A DNA stretch of 64,000 bases from Candidatus Eiseniibacteriota bacterium (GTDB taxonomy: Bacteria > Eisenbacteria > RBG-16-71-46 > CAVPCR01). Below, in pieces: positions 1-9,059 of the stretch. A model generated the notes under the pieces. The model was given only the letters and a program-made list of their open reading frames with translations. It did no database searches and was not told the origin of the DNA. Each line of letters starts with the position of its first letter. Position 1 is the first letter of the stretch. The stretch spans positions 128,001-192,000 of the forward strand of contig CAWGMA010000004.1 of the NCBI GenBank assembly GCA_963823555.1, given 5' to 3'. A program made the translations under genes and the position numbers.

Positions 1-91
1 GGAGTCCCCCGAGATGATGCCCCGGCGCGCGGGCTGTTCTGCGTGGCCGCGCCAGGGGCCATCCTTCCATTCATCGACTCGGAGATGCTCC

Positions 92-520
92 ATGTGTGCC
101 CGTCGACTTTCTGTCCTTCATGCACCCCCTGCGCTCGCGCTGCTTGCCCTGGTTCTCGTCTTCACACTCTCCTCCTGCGGTAGCGGTCGCCTCAGGGTCC
201 GCCACGAGTCGGCCCCCGACCAGGTGGTCATCGTCAAGTCGGGTCCGCCGCCGCACGCGCCGGCGCACGGCTACCGGCACAAGCACGAGGGCAAGGTCGA
301 CATGACCTACGATTCCGGCCTCGGGGTCTACATCGTGGCCGGCGCCAAGGATTGCTATTTCCACGACGATCACTACCTGCGACTGGCCAAGGCAGGGTGG
401 GAGGTGAGCTTCTCCCTCGCAGGGCCGTGGCAATCTGCAGCCACCAAGTCGCTGCCGCCGGGACTGGCCAAGAAATATGGTGGCGAGCCCGCGAGCAAGA
501 AGGGAAAGAAGGAGAAGTAG
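92..520 (+). CDS. Hypothetical small lipoprotein
   Basis: GGAG RBS at 81-84, ATG at 92. Hydrophobic leader ends in lipobox-like LSSC; carries GPPPHAPAHGY and LPPGLAKK motifs seen in small uncharacterised lipoproteins. Confidence 0.7.
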   Translation: MCARRLSVLHAPPALALLALVLVFTLSSCGSGRLRVRHESAPDQVVIVKSGPPPHAPAHGYRHKHEGKVDMTYDSGLGVYIVAGAKDCYFHDDHYLRLAKAGWEVSFSLAGPWQSAATKSLPPGLAKKYGGEPASKKGKKEK

Positions 521-596
521 AGGCGCTTCCGATCAGCGCCGGGGTGACGGGGCGTTGGCCTGACCGACGGGCGTTGGCCGGGCGCCGGGCGTCGGC

Positions 597-1778
597 CTAG
601 CCGCCGGAGACCGCCTCCTCGGCGGCGGCGGCGGGCGGCGTGGCGTCATCGAGATCGTCGAGGAACCCCATCGGCAAGGCGACCGATTGCGTGCCTGATG
701 ACTTGCCACGCCGGGCGCGCATCGCGTGCGGCGGGAAAGGTTGGGCAAGGTCGGCTGCGGCCAGGATCGCTTCGAGCTCGGCCAGCGTCTTTACCTGCAT
801 CAACCTGGTGCGTAGCGCCGATCCGCCGGCGAATCCCTTCGTGTACCAGCCGGAGTGCTTGCGGAAGGAGCGCATCGCTGCGGTCTCGCCCTCCCATGCG
901 GCGAGCAGCCGGGCGTGCTCGAGCATGACGGCGACCACCCCACCGAGATCGGGCGGATTCTCCGGCTCGCGCCCGGCGAACACCTGGGCCAGGTCGCGAA
1001 ACAGCCAGGGCCGGCCGAGACAGCCCCGCCCCACGATCACCCCGTCGCAGCCCGTCGTCCGCATCATGCGCAGGGCATCCTCCGCTTCCCAGATGTCCCC
1101 GTTACCGAGTACCGGGATGCGCGTCACCTGATCCTTGAGCCGGGCGATGGCCGACCAGTCCGCTTCGCCGGCGTAGAGCTGGGCCGCGGTACGAGCATGC
1201 AGCCCGACGGCGGCGCAGCCCTCGGTCTCGGCGATCCGTCCCGACTCGAGGTAGGTCGGGTAGCGGTCGTTGATGCCGATGCGGAACTTGATCGTCACCG
1301 GCACGGCGCCCGCATGAGTCACCGCTGCGCGGACGATGGCGGCGAGGAGTCTCGGCTTGAGCGGAATGGCCGCGCCGCCTCCATGCACCGTCACCTTGCG
1401 CACCGGACAGCCGAAATTCATGTCGATGTGGTCGACACGTCCCTCGCCGACCAGGAACTTGACCGCTTCGCCGACGTAGTGTGGATCCACGCCGTAGAGC
1501 TGCAGACTGCGGGTCGTCTCCTCTGGAGAAAAGCTGGCCATGAGCAGCGTCCGGCGGTGGCCGGTGACCAGGGGGCGCGCCGTGATCATCTCGCTCACGT
1601 AGAGACCGGCGCCGAAGCGGCGGCACAGGGTGCGAAATGGAGGATTGGTGACACCGGCCATGGGCGCGAGCACGACCGGCGGCCAGATCGCGAGCGGACC
1701 GATGGCTACCGGTCCAAACTCGCCGGGCCGCGCCGGTGGCACGTCACGGTTGAGATCACTCCTGTAGATGGCGTCCAT
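597..1778 (-). CDS. dusB: tRNA-dihydrouridine synthase (DusB type)
   Basis: LAPMAGVT, IDMNFGCPVRKV, VLGNGDI and GRGCLGRPWLF motifs. Start placed at MDAIY (1778). Confidence 0.9.
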   Translation of the reverse strand: MDAIYRSDLNRDVPPARPGEFGPVAIGPLAIWPPVVLAPMAGVTNPPFRTLCRRFGAGLYVSEMITARPLVTGHRRTLLMASFSPEETTRSLQLYGVDPHYVGEAVKFLVGEGRVDHIDMNFGCPVRKVTVHGGGAAIPLKPRLLAAIVRAAVTHAGAVPVTIKFRIGINDRYPTYLESGRIAETEGCAAVGLHARTAAQLYAGEADWSAIARLKDQVTRIPVLGNGDIWEAEDALRMMRTTGCDGVIVGRGCLGRPWLFRDLAQVFAGREPENPPDLGGVVAVMLEHARLLAAWEGETAAMRSFRKHSGWYTKGFAGGSALRTRLMQVKTLAELEAILAAADLAQPFPPHAMRARRGKSSGTQSVALPMGFLDDLDDATPPAAAAEEAVSGG

Positions 1779-1958
1779 GCTGTGGAGATGGTCCCCCTGG
1801 TGCAGCCTCGATGACCGGTTTCCGGCAGAGGACCGAGTATAGACCGGGTGAATCGAAACCGGTAGAATGTCGGGCTTCACACGGAGCGCGGAGGCGTGAT
1901 CGGGGCTGACCGGTAAGCGTCCCGCAAGGCATCTGCCGGATACCAGGGAGAGCATGAC

Positions 1959-2818
1959 ATGGACTGGGGTATGGCAAATCGGATGGCGCGCGTCATTCCC
2001 GCCGGACGGGCGCTGCTATTTCCTCGCCGATCGATCACGGCTATTTCCAGGGTCCGACGAGCCGCCTCGAGCGGCCCGGGGAAGACGATCGCCCCGCTGA
2101 CGCCCTACATCGATGCGCTCTTCGTCACGCGCGGCGTCCTGCGCGCCGGTCGTTCCGCCGAGCGTTCGAGAAGCCGATCATCCTCCGCGTCTCCGGCGGC
2201 ACCAGCATGGTCGGGAAGGATCTCGCCCACGAGGCGGTCACCACCTCGATCGAGGACGCGATGCGGCTCAACGCCGCCGCGGTCGGGATCTCGGTCTTCG
2301 TCGGCAGCGACTACGAGCACGAGACGATCGCGAACCTCGCGCGGCTCGTCAACGCGGCCGAGCCGCACGGCATCCCGGTCATGGCCGTCACCGCGGTGGG
2401 CAAGGAGCTGGAGAAGCGCGATGCCCGCTACCTCGCGCTGGCCTCGCGCATCTGCGCCGAGCAGGGGGCGCGGGTGGTGAAGACCTACTGGTGCGAGGAC
2501 GGCTTCGAGAAGGTGGTCGAGGGTTGCCCGGTGCCGGTCGTCATCGCCGGCGGGCCCAAGTGCGAGACCGAGCGCGAGGTCTTCGATTTCGTCTGGGACG
2601 GCATTCAGCGCGGAGCCATCGGGGTCAACCTCGGCCGCAACGTCTGGCAGCACGACCATCCGGTGGCGATGATCAAGGGACTGGTCGCCGTCGTCCACCA
2701 CAACGCCTCGGTGGACGAGGCGGTGGCGGTGTTCCAGGAGGAGCGGGCCCGGGGTGCCGAAGCGGCGAAGACCGCGGCGAAGCACGCGACCGCCGGCCGC
2801 CCGGCCGTGAAGGTATGA
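1959..2818 (+). pseudogene. lsrF: LsrF/DhnA-family class I aldolase/thiolase, frameshifted as written (probably sequencing error)
   Basis: Reconstructed [33 protein letters not shown]...EKPIILRVSGGTSMVGKDL...GARVVKTYW...VVIAGGPK...NLGRNVWQHDHP. Needs removal of five single extra bases between ~2004 and ~2167. Confidence 0.8.
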
Positions 2819-3912
2819 CGTCCGCGGCGAACCGGAGCGAGAAGGTGGAGACGGGGCGCCCGGCGGCGACGGCGGAGGCGTCGATGCGCGTCGCCATGTA
2901 CTACGCCAACCGGGATGTGCGGCTCGAGCAGATGCCGCGGCCGGCAATCGGCCCCGGTGAAATGCTGCTCCGCGTCGAGGCCAGCGGGATCTGCGGCAGC
3001 GATCTCATGGAGTGGTACCGGCGCGATCGGGTGCCGGTCGTGCTCGGCCACGAGGTGACGGGCATCGTCGCGGCGCTCGGCGCCGGAGTGACCCGCTTTG
3101 CCGTCGGCGACCGCGTGGTCGCCACGCATCATGTGCCTTGCTTGAGCTGCCACCACTGCCTGCGCGGTGATCACACGGTGTGCGAGACGCTCCGGCGCAC
3201 GCATTTCCATCCCGGGGGATTCGCCGAGTATCTGCGCCTCGAGCCGATCCACCTCGACCGCGGGGTCTTCAAGCTCCCGGACGAGGTCACCTTCGAGCAG
3301 GGCACCTTCGTCGAGCCGCTAGCATGCGTGGTGCGCGGCCAGCGGCGGGCGCGGATGCAGCCCGGAGATACCGTGCTCGTCATCGGAGCCGGAATCGCCG
3401 GATTGCTCCATCTCCAGTGCGCCCAGGCGCTGGGGGCGGGGCGCGTGATCGCGGTGGATCTCCTCGAGTCCCGGCTCGATCTCGCCCGCCGCCTGGGGGC
3501 TGAGCACACGCTCTCGGCGCGCGAGGATGTGCCGGCACGCGTCCGCGAGTGGAACGACGGCCGCCTCGCCGATCTCGTCATCGTGTGCGCCGGCGCGACG
3601 GCGGCGGTGGCGCAGGGATTCGCCAGCGTCGAGCGCGGGGGCACCGTTCTTCTCTTCGCTCCCACCGAACCGGGGGCGACCGTCCCCCTGTCGATCAACG
3701 ACTTCTTCTTCCGCAACGATGTGACCGTCACGAGTTCCTACGCGGGAAGCCCCGCTGATCTCACCGCCGCTCTCGAGCTCATCCGGGCCCGGCGCGTCCG
3801 GGTCGCTGAGATGATCACCCACCGCCTCGGTCTGGCCGAGACCGGCCACGGGTTCGCCCTGGTGCTCGAAGGTCGCGACTCGATGAAGGTGATCATCGAG
3901 CCGCAGCGCTAG
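2815..3912 (+). CDS. Zinc-dependent alcohol dehydrogenase (MDR; threonine/sorbitol dehydrogenase-like)
   Basis: ICGSDL, GHEVTG, CLSCHHCLRGDHTVC structural Zn site and GAGIAG Rossmann motif. ATGA overlap with the lsrF-like stop. Confidence 0.88.
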   Translation: MTSAANRSEKVETGRPAATAEASMRVAMYYANRDVRLEQMPRPAIGPGEMLLRVEASGICGSDLMEWYRRDRVPVVLGHEVTGIVAALGAGVTRFAVGDRVVATHHVPCLSCHHCLRGDHTVCETLRRTHFHPGGFAEYLRLEPIHLDRGVFKLPDEVTFEQGTFVEPLACVVRGQRRARMQPGDTVLVIGAGIAGLLHLQCAQALGAGRVIAVDLLESRLDLARRLGAEHTLSAREDVPARVREWNDGRLADLVIVCAGATAAVAQGFASVERGGTVLLFAPTEPGATVPLSINDFFFRNDVTVTSSYAGSPADLTAALELIRARRVRVAEMITHRLGLAETGHGFALVLEGRDSMKVIIEPQR

Positions 3913-4189
3913 CCCGCCCCCACCGAGCCCCCTCCCCTTCGACCCTCCCGGTTCCGCCACCGTATTTTCCCCGGCGCGTCCCTGTCTATGGGAGTCGAGG
4001 ATTCCTGGGCGGCGGCTGGATCAGGGCGAGGCCAGGCACCGGAGAGGATCCGGACCGCCCGAAACCGGCCCGCTGCCCAGGATCCGCGCTTGAGACCGGT
4101 CGGTGTCGGCGGCAGGCTGGCAGGGATGGGGACCCCCTGCTCGTCCTCGCCGCCGGCCGGCTGGTCACGCCCGGGCGGTGCCTGGCGCG

Positions 4190-5380
4190 TCAGCCGGCGA
4201 CGCGGAGCGGGCGGAAGATGCCGAATGCGCTCGTGAACCCGTGGATCTGCGTCGAGAGCCCGACCGGTCCGATCTCGCCGTTGGCGAAGAACCCGCCCAC
4301 GGGTACCCCATGGAAGCGACTCTGGAAGAGCGCGGTGTCGTGGTCGGGCTCGCCGAACAGGCCGATGCCCCGACCGAGGCAGGTGAACAGGAGCGCCCCG
4401 CGTGGGCTGGGTCGCGGCGGGCCGGCGCTGGCTCGGCTCAGGAGATCCGCCAGATCCTGTCTTGCCGCCTGGGCGTCGCGTAGCTGGAATCTCACGAGCT
4501 GTCCCTCGCGCAAGATCTCGCCGATGGCGAGCGCTCCACGCTCCGGATCGACCCCGATGATGTTGCGGATGAGATAGTCGCCGGCCTGAGGCTCGGTGAC
4601 GAGATCGACGACGATGCCCAGGGAGAGCGCGCGCTGAGCCAGGCGCTGATCTTCGGGCGGGAGCTCGGCCACCAGCTCCTGAATGACCTGGAGCGGTGGC
4701 TTGCCATCGAGCTCGAGCAGGATGTTGCGGTCGGCGCGCGTCACCTGATGCAGCTTTCCCACCGGCCGGCAGCCCTGGGCGATGACGGTATCGACGGCGA
4801 CGTTCCCCGAGAGGGCGACCGTCACCGCCCCGGCGCGAAAGGTCTCGCCTCGCAGGTAGAGCGCGTTCTGCCCGGGGCGGGCTGCGGCTGAGGCCATGCC
4901 GCCGACCTTGCGACTGGTCGGATAGGCGAAGTCGAGCCCCGCGAGGAAGTCCTCGACCGGGAAGGTGAAAGGATCGGCGAGGAGGATGAAATGGGGTGTC
5001 GGTTCGGGAGCCACACCGATCGCGTCCTGCCATGCCCGCGGGCTGCCGTCGAGATCGGGCAGCGCGTCGCCTTCGACCTGGATCGGAGTCACCGTCACCT
5101 CGGGGAGGTGAGCAGCGGCAACGGCGATTCCGGGCCGCTGCTCGATCTCGTGTCCCCCTCCGATCACGCCGCCCGCTGAACAGCCGGCAAGCATGCGGTG
5201 CGGCATGGCCGTGGCGAGCAGCCGGGGCACCTCGCGGTAGCGGGGAGCGTGGTGCGGGGAGACGAAGACCAGAGCGAGGTCGATCGTCGCGCCCGCCATC
5301 TCAGCAGTGATATGGCGCCCGACCGACGTGATGGCTTCATCCAGGGTTACAGCATCGGAAACGGCGGATGCCCATTGCAT
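4190..5380 (-). CDS. FIST N/C-domain signal transduction protein
   Basis: GCSAGGVIG, VGGMAS, IAQGCRPVG, LLFTCLGRG and GFFANGEIGP motifs. Confidence 0.88.
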   Translation of the reverse strand: MQWASAVSDAVTLDEAITSVGRHITAEMAGATIDLALVFVSPHHAPRYREVPRLLATAMPHRMLAGCSAGGVIGGGHEIEQRPGIAVAAAHLPEVTVTPIQVEGDALPDLDGSPRAWQDAIGVAPEPTPHFILLADPFTFPVEDFLAGLDFAYPTSRKVGGMASAAARPGQNALYLRGETFRAGAVTVALSGNVAVDTVIAQGCRPVGKLHQVTRADRNILLELDGKPPLQVIQELVAELPPEDQRLAQRALSLGIVVDLVTEPQAGDYLIRNIIGVDPERGALAIGEILREGQLVRFQLRDAQAARQDLADLLSRASAGPPRPSPRGALLFTCLGRGIGLFGEPDHDTALFQSRFHGVPVGGFFANGEIGPVGLSTQIHGFTSAFGIFRPLRVAG

Positions 5381-5411
5381 TGGTGCGCTCCGTTCTGCGG
5401 CCGCCCCTACA

Positions 5412-5933
5412 TTACTTGAGGGGGAGGACGAAGAAAACACCTGGCCGCAGCGTGTTGTTGGTCTGGTCGACGGCGAGGAAGCCCACCCGGAAGTCGAGCC
5501 GCAGCGTGGCGCTGGACGTGATGTTGACGAGATCGACGCCGCCCCCGACCTGGAGGAAGAAGTCGGTGCCGTCCGCACTGCCGGCGCCGAGGCCGCCCCC
5601 GAAATAGGGTGTCACGCGCGAATCGAGCTGAATGTAGTAGAGGAGGTTCGCGGTCGCGGTGAAGAAGACGCCGAGATCCTCGGAGAGCGTGCCGAAGACG
5701 AATTCGGGCTCGATGACGATGCCGGAGGCGGGAGCGTAGCCGAGGGCCGAGCCCACCGCCGGTCCGGCCGCCGTGCTCCCGTTCGAGATCGTCTGCAATC
5801 CGACGAAGGGCGCCAGGTAGAGCTCCCCCTTGACGGGAGGCACGGCGGTGTTCCCGGCAGCCGGCAGCAGCAGCCCGGCAAGCAGAATCGTCAGCGGATA
5901 GGCGATCCGGCCGCTCCGGCGGATGGCGATCAT
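5412..5933 (-). CDS. Outer-membrane beta-barrel protein (OmpA/OmpW-like)
   Basis: Signal peptide, alternating amphipathic strands, PYFGGGLG motif, aromatic C-terminal strand. Confidence 0.7.
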   Translation of the reverse strand: MIAIRRSGRIAYPLTILLAGLLLPAAGNTAVPPVKGELYLAPFVGLQTISNGSTAAGPAVGSALGYAPASGIVIEPEFVFGTLSEDLGVFFTATANLLYYIQLDSRVTPYFGGGLGAGSADGTDFFLQVGGGVDLVNITSSATLRLDFRVGFLAVDQTNNTLRPGVFFVLPLK

Positions 5934-6093
5934 CTGGTCTCCTTTGGTTCAAGTCCCCGGCGGCAATCGTCGAGGAGTTGTAGCACCGCGCGAGCGCCAG
6001 CGGCAAGGGTCGGCGCGGGGCGAACGAGACTGTGAAGATCGTGCAAAGCACGGGGTCGCGGGACCATCCTCCCGGCGCTGGGCCGATCCGGCC

Positions 6094-6831
6094 TCAGCCG
6101 ATTTCCAGATAGACCCGCTTGTTGATTCGCCCCTTGCTCTCGTGCTTGACGATCCGGACCTGTCCGACCTCACGCGTGTTCGTGACATGCGTTCCGCCAT
6201 CGGCCTGGCAGTCCAGGCCCACGATGTCGACGATCCGGATCTCTCGGATCGACTCGGGCAGGAGATTGATCTTGGTCCGGATCAGATCGGGGATGGCCAG
6301 CGCCTCGGCCCTGGGCAGCGTGTAGACGCGGATGTCGCGCGCCGCCGCGATCTCGGCATTGACCCGCGCTTCGAACTCGAGCGCCAGATCCTTGGGCATG
6401 CCTTCGAGCTCGAAATCCATGCGCGCACGGAGCGGCCTCATGTTGGAGCCGGTGACCTGCGAGCCGTAGTCGCGCCAGATGACGCCACATAGGATATGGA
6501 GCGCGGTGTGCGTGCGCATGAGCGCATGACGGTGTTCCCAGTCGAGCCGGCCGCGGATCGCGGCGCCCACGGTGGGAAGAGGAGAGCCGGCGGCAAGCTG
6601 GTGGAGGTGGCTTTCGCCATGCTTGGCCATGGCCGTGACCGGATGCTCGTCTCCTTCCCAGATGAGCACGCCGCGGTCCGCGGGTTGCCCTCCGCCGCCG
6701 GGAAAGAACGCCGTCTGGTCGAGGACGACGCCAGGAGCGCCGGCCGCCAGCACCCGGGCCGCGAATTCCCTGAGATAGGCATCGGTGTGGTAGAGCGCCC
6801 GCGTGGGCTCCAGTGTCTCGGAATCGATCAT
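6094..6831 (-). CDS. alaX: Alanyl-tRNA editing protein (AlaX family)
   Basis: LDQTAFFPGGGGQPADRG, RTHTALH (HxxxH), QADGGTHV and KGRINKR. Confidence 0.88.
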   Translation of the reverse strand: MIDSETLEPTRALYHTDAYLREFAARVLAAGAPGVVLDQTAFFPGGGGQPADRGVLIWEGDEHPVTAMAKHGESHLHQLAAGSPLPTVGAAIRGRLDWEHRHALMRTHTALHILCGVIWRDYGSQVTGSNMRPLRARMDFELEGMPKDLALEFEARVNAEIAAARDIRVYTLPRAEALAIPDLIRTKINLLPESIREIRIVDIVGLDCQADGGTHVTNTREVGQVRIVKHESKGRINKRVYLEIG

Positions 6832-6891
6832 CCCCTTGCCTCCGCCGGCCAGTCTCCCGGCCATCCGGCCGGCTGTCAACCGCCGGCCGTC

Positions 6892-6920
6892 TTGGGGACG
6901 ATGCGCGGACACGGTATAAT
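6892..6920 (+). promoter_or_regulatory. Candidate sigma70 promoter (TTGGGG-N17-TATAAT)
   Basis: Perfect TATAAT at 6915-6920 with 17-nt spacing to TTGGGG, in the divergent gap upstream of 6986. Confidence 0.45.
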
Positions 6921-6985
6921 CATGCTTGGATCAGCGGCTTGGCCGCGAACACCTGCACGAAGTCCCCTGACCCTGAAGGGTTCCG

Positions 6986-8722
6986 ATGAACGCATCCTGG
7001 CACCCCAGCGCACCTTCTGAGTGGGCGACGCTTCTAGCCGTCCCCGTCCTCGTTCTCGGTCTGACGGCGTTCTCCCTGGCGACGGCAGCAGCCCCGCCGG
7101 CGGATGCCCCGCCCGTGTTCGATGCGCGGACCCAGACCTGGAAGTTCGAGCGCGAGATTCCGGCGGTCGTGGGCGGAGCCTCCGGACCCGAGCAGGCGCG
7201 GCTCGATTGCGACTGGTTGTTCGCGATCAACCGGCGGGTTCACGATGAGCCCGCGGGCCAGCACCTCTGGCCCGACATCGCCGTCGGTCCCGACGGCACG
7301 ATCGCCGTGGCCTGGATGGACGATCACGCCGCAGGTGGCTATCACATCTACTACAGCTTCTCCACCGACAACGGTGCGACCTGGGCCCCACCGGAACCGA
7401 TCGACACGCGCGGCGCAGGCGCTTACAGCAAGTTCGTCGACATCGAGTTCACGCCATCCGGGATGCCGGTGGCCGTCTGGGAGGACGATCGGTTCACGGC
7501 CTACAATGTCTTCTTCTCGAAGCGCGATCCGAGCGGGGGCGGTACGCCGTGGACTCCCAACGTGCGGGTCAACACGGCCGGGAGCCCGCCGAGCAGCGGC
7601 GATTTCATGAACGCGTCGATCGCCGTTCTCGACGAGGACCGCTACTTCGTCGCCTGGACCGACTGGCGCGAGGGCGCGTTCCATCAGGTCTACGCTTGCG
7701 GCACCACGGATGGCGGGGAAACCTGGGGCGCCGAGACACGGGTGAGCGATGGCCTCGGCTATCAGCCGGTTGCCGCGGATCCCTGCCTCATCGTGGATCC
7801 GACCTCCGGGCCCAATCCCGGCGAAGAGGTGCTCGCCTGCGTCACCAACGACTGGCGCGGCAATGTTCCTGGCGGGCGCTACCCCAACGTCTACTTCTAT
7901 CGCTCCACGGACGGCGGGAGCAGCTGGTCCACGGGCGTGCAGGTGAACGACGTCGAGACCTACTACCAGCAAGCGTCGTCGCACGCCCTGGTGCGCCTCG
8001 ACGATGGGACGCTCGTTGCCGGGTGGCTCAACAATCCCGACCTCATGGCCCATCACTTTCATACCTGTGCGTCGACCGATCAGGGCGCGACCTGGGAGCC
8101 GAGCGCGCAGGTGGATCCTCCCTCGGATGGTGGTTGTGGCACGTACTCCTCCATCACAGCCTTCGAGGGCTGGGTCTACGCCGGCTTCGATCTGGCCGAG
8201 ACCACATGGAACGCGTACTTCCGTGCTTCCTCGGATGGCGGGCGAAACTGGAGCGAGGATGCCTGCCGGATGGATGACGATACGAGCGGCGGAGCGGCAC
8301 AGAACACCGTTCTCGCGGCGCGGGCGATCGATGTCGTTCACGGCGCGTGGTCTGACAGCCGGCCTGGACTCACGAACTGGAAGATCTACACGGCGCGCGG
8401 GGAGCGCGGGGCAGCCGGGATCGGTGAGCCGGACGAGATCGCCGGGCCGCCCGTGGCTCGACTGCTTTGCGCACCGAATCCCTCACGCGTCGGGACCGCG
8501 GTCGAGATCAGGCTCGGCGGTGATGATGGGGCGCGCCGGCTCGCCGTCGTCGATGCCCTGGGTCGGGTGGTGCGGGAGCTCGAACTGGGCCCGGACGGCA
8601 CTGCCTCCTGGGATGGTGCGGGCGCGAGCGGTCGAGCCTTGGCCCCGGGGGTCTACTGGCTCCAGGCCCGGGGCTCGAGCGCTTGGGGAGGCACCCGGGC
8701 GAGGATCGTCCGGTTGCCCTGA
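6986..8722 (+). CDS. Secreted BNR/Asp-box beta-propeller (sialidase-like) protein with C-terminal FlgD-Ig/T9SS-CTD-like domain
   Basis: Signal peptide; Asp-boxes STDNGATW, TTDGGETW, STDGGSSW, STDQGATW, SSDGGRNW; tail APNPSR...DALGRVVREL...WDG...PGVYW. Confidence 0.8.
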   Translation: MNASWHPSAPSEWATLLAVPVLVLGLTAFSLATAAAPPADAPPVFDARTQTWKFEREIPAVVGGASGPEQARLDCDWLFAINRRVHDEPAGQHLWPDIAVGPDGTIAVAWMDDHAAGGYHIYYSFSTDNGATWAPPEPIDTRGAGAYSKFVDIEFTPSGMPVAVWEDDRFTAYNVFFSKRDPSGGGTPWTPNVRVNTAGSPPSSGDFMNASIAVLDEDRYFVAWTDWREGAFHQVYACGTTDGGETWGAETRVSDGLGYQPVAADPCLIVDPTSGPNPGEEVLACVTNDWRGNVPGGRYPNVYFYRSTDGGSSWSTGVQVNDVETYYQQASSHALVRLDDGTLVAGWLNNPDLMAHHFHTCASTDQGATWEPSAQVDPPSDGGCGTYSSITAFEGWVYAGFDLAETTWNAYFRASSDGGRNWSEDACRMDDDTSGGAAQNTVLAARAIDVVHGAWSDSRPGLTNWKIYTARGERGAAGIGEPDEIAGPPVARLLCAPNPSRVGTAVEIRLGGDDGARRLAVVDALGRVVRELELGPDGTASWDGAGASGRALAPGVYWLQARGSSAWGGTRARIVRLP

Positions 8723-9059
8723 GGCAGGCAGCCCCTGGATGGTGCAGGGGCGGAGAATCGTGCGATACTCACGGATGGTGGCCATGAACTGACGCTGCCC
8801 TCTGGAGATGACACCGATGCCCCCTGAGGTGTCCCCAAGGAAGAGGCGCTCCTCGACCTCCATCCTGTCGAGCTGCCTCCCTATCACGAGCCAGCGCTGG
8901 CTCGCGCCGGCGGCGGGTCCCGTTTCGCACAGCGCCCGACCTCAGGTCGCCCGGTCCCGCTCACTGTCTTGCCCTGCTCCGCGAAATCTCCCTCGATCTC
9001 GGAGGGACGAGTCTCTCATCTTCCCGCTCCTCCTCGCGAGGAACCCACTGGAGGGCGTC

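Noticed and set aside
546..597. Short imperfect direct repeats (GGGCGTTGGCC-like) between convergent genes
   Set aside because: Only two to three degenerate copies with very short spacers; not CRISPR-like.
1995..2175. Programmed ribosomal frameshifting or phase variation in the lsrF-like gene or glgP
   Set aside because: Too many shifts, and no slippery heptamers or long homopolymer tracts at the sites.
2113..2814. Long N-terminal extensions of tracked ORFs (2113, 8808, 18291, 26073, 32161, 57979, 60628) and the many antisense ORFs
   Set aside because: Typical shadow frames of high-GC DNA overlapping better-supported genes; starts were reassigned using RBS and motif position.
8800..8848. 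Glycine riboswitch-like CTCTGGAGA...CACCGA
   Set aside because: Lacks the GAAGG and CTCTCAGG elements, and the downstream gene is unrelated.
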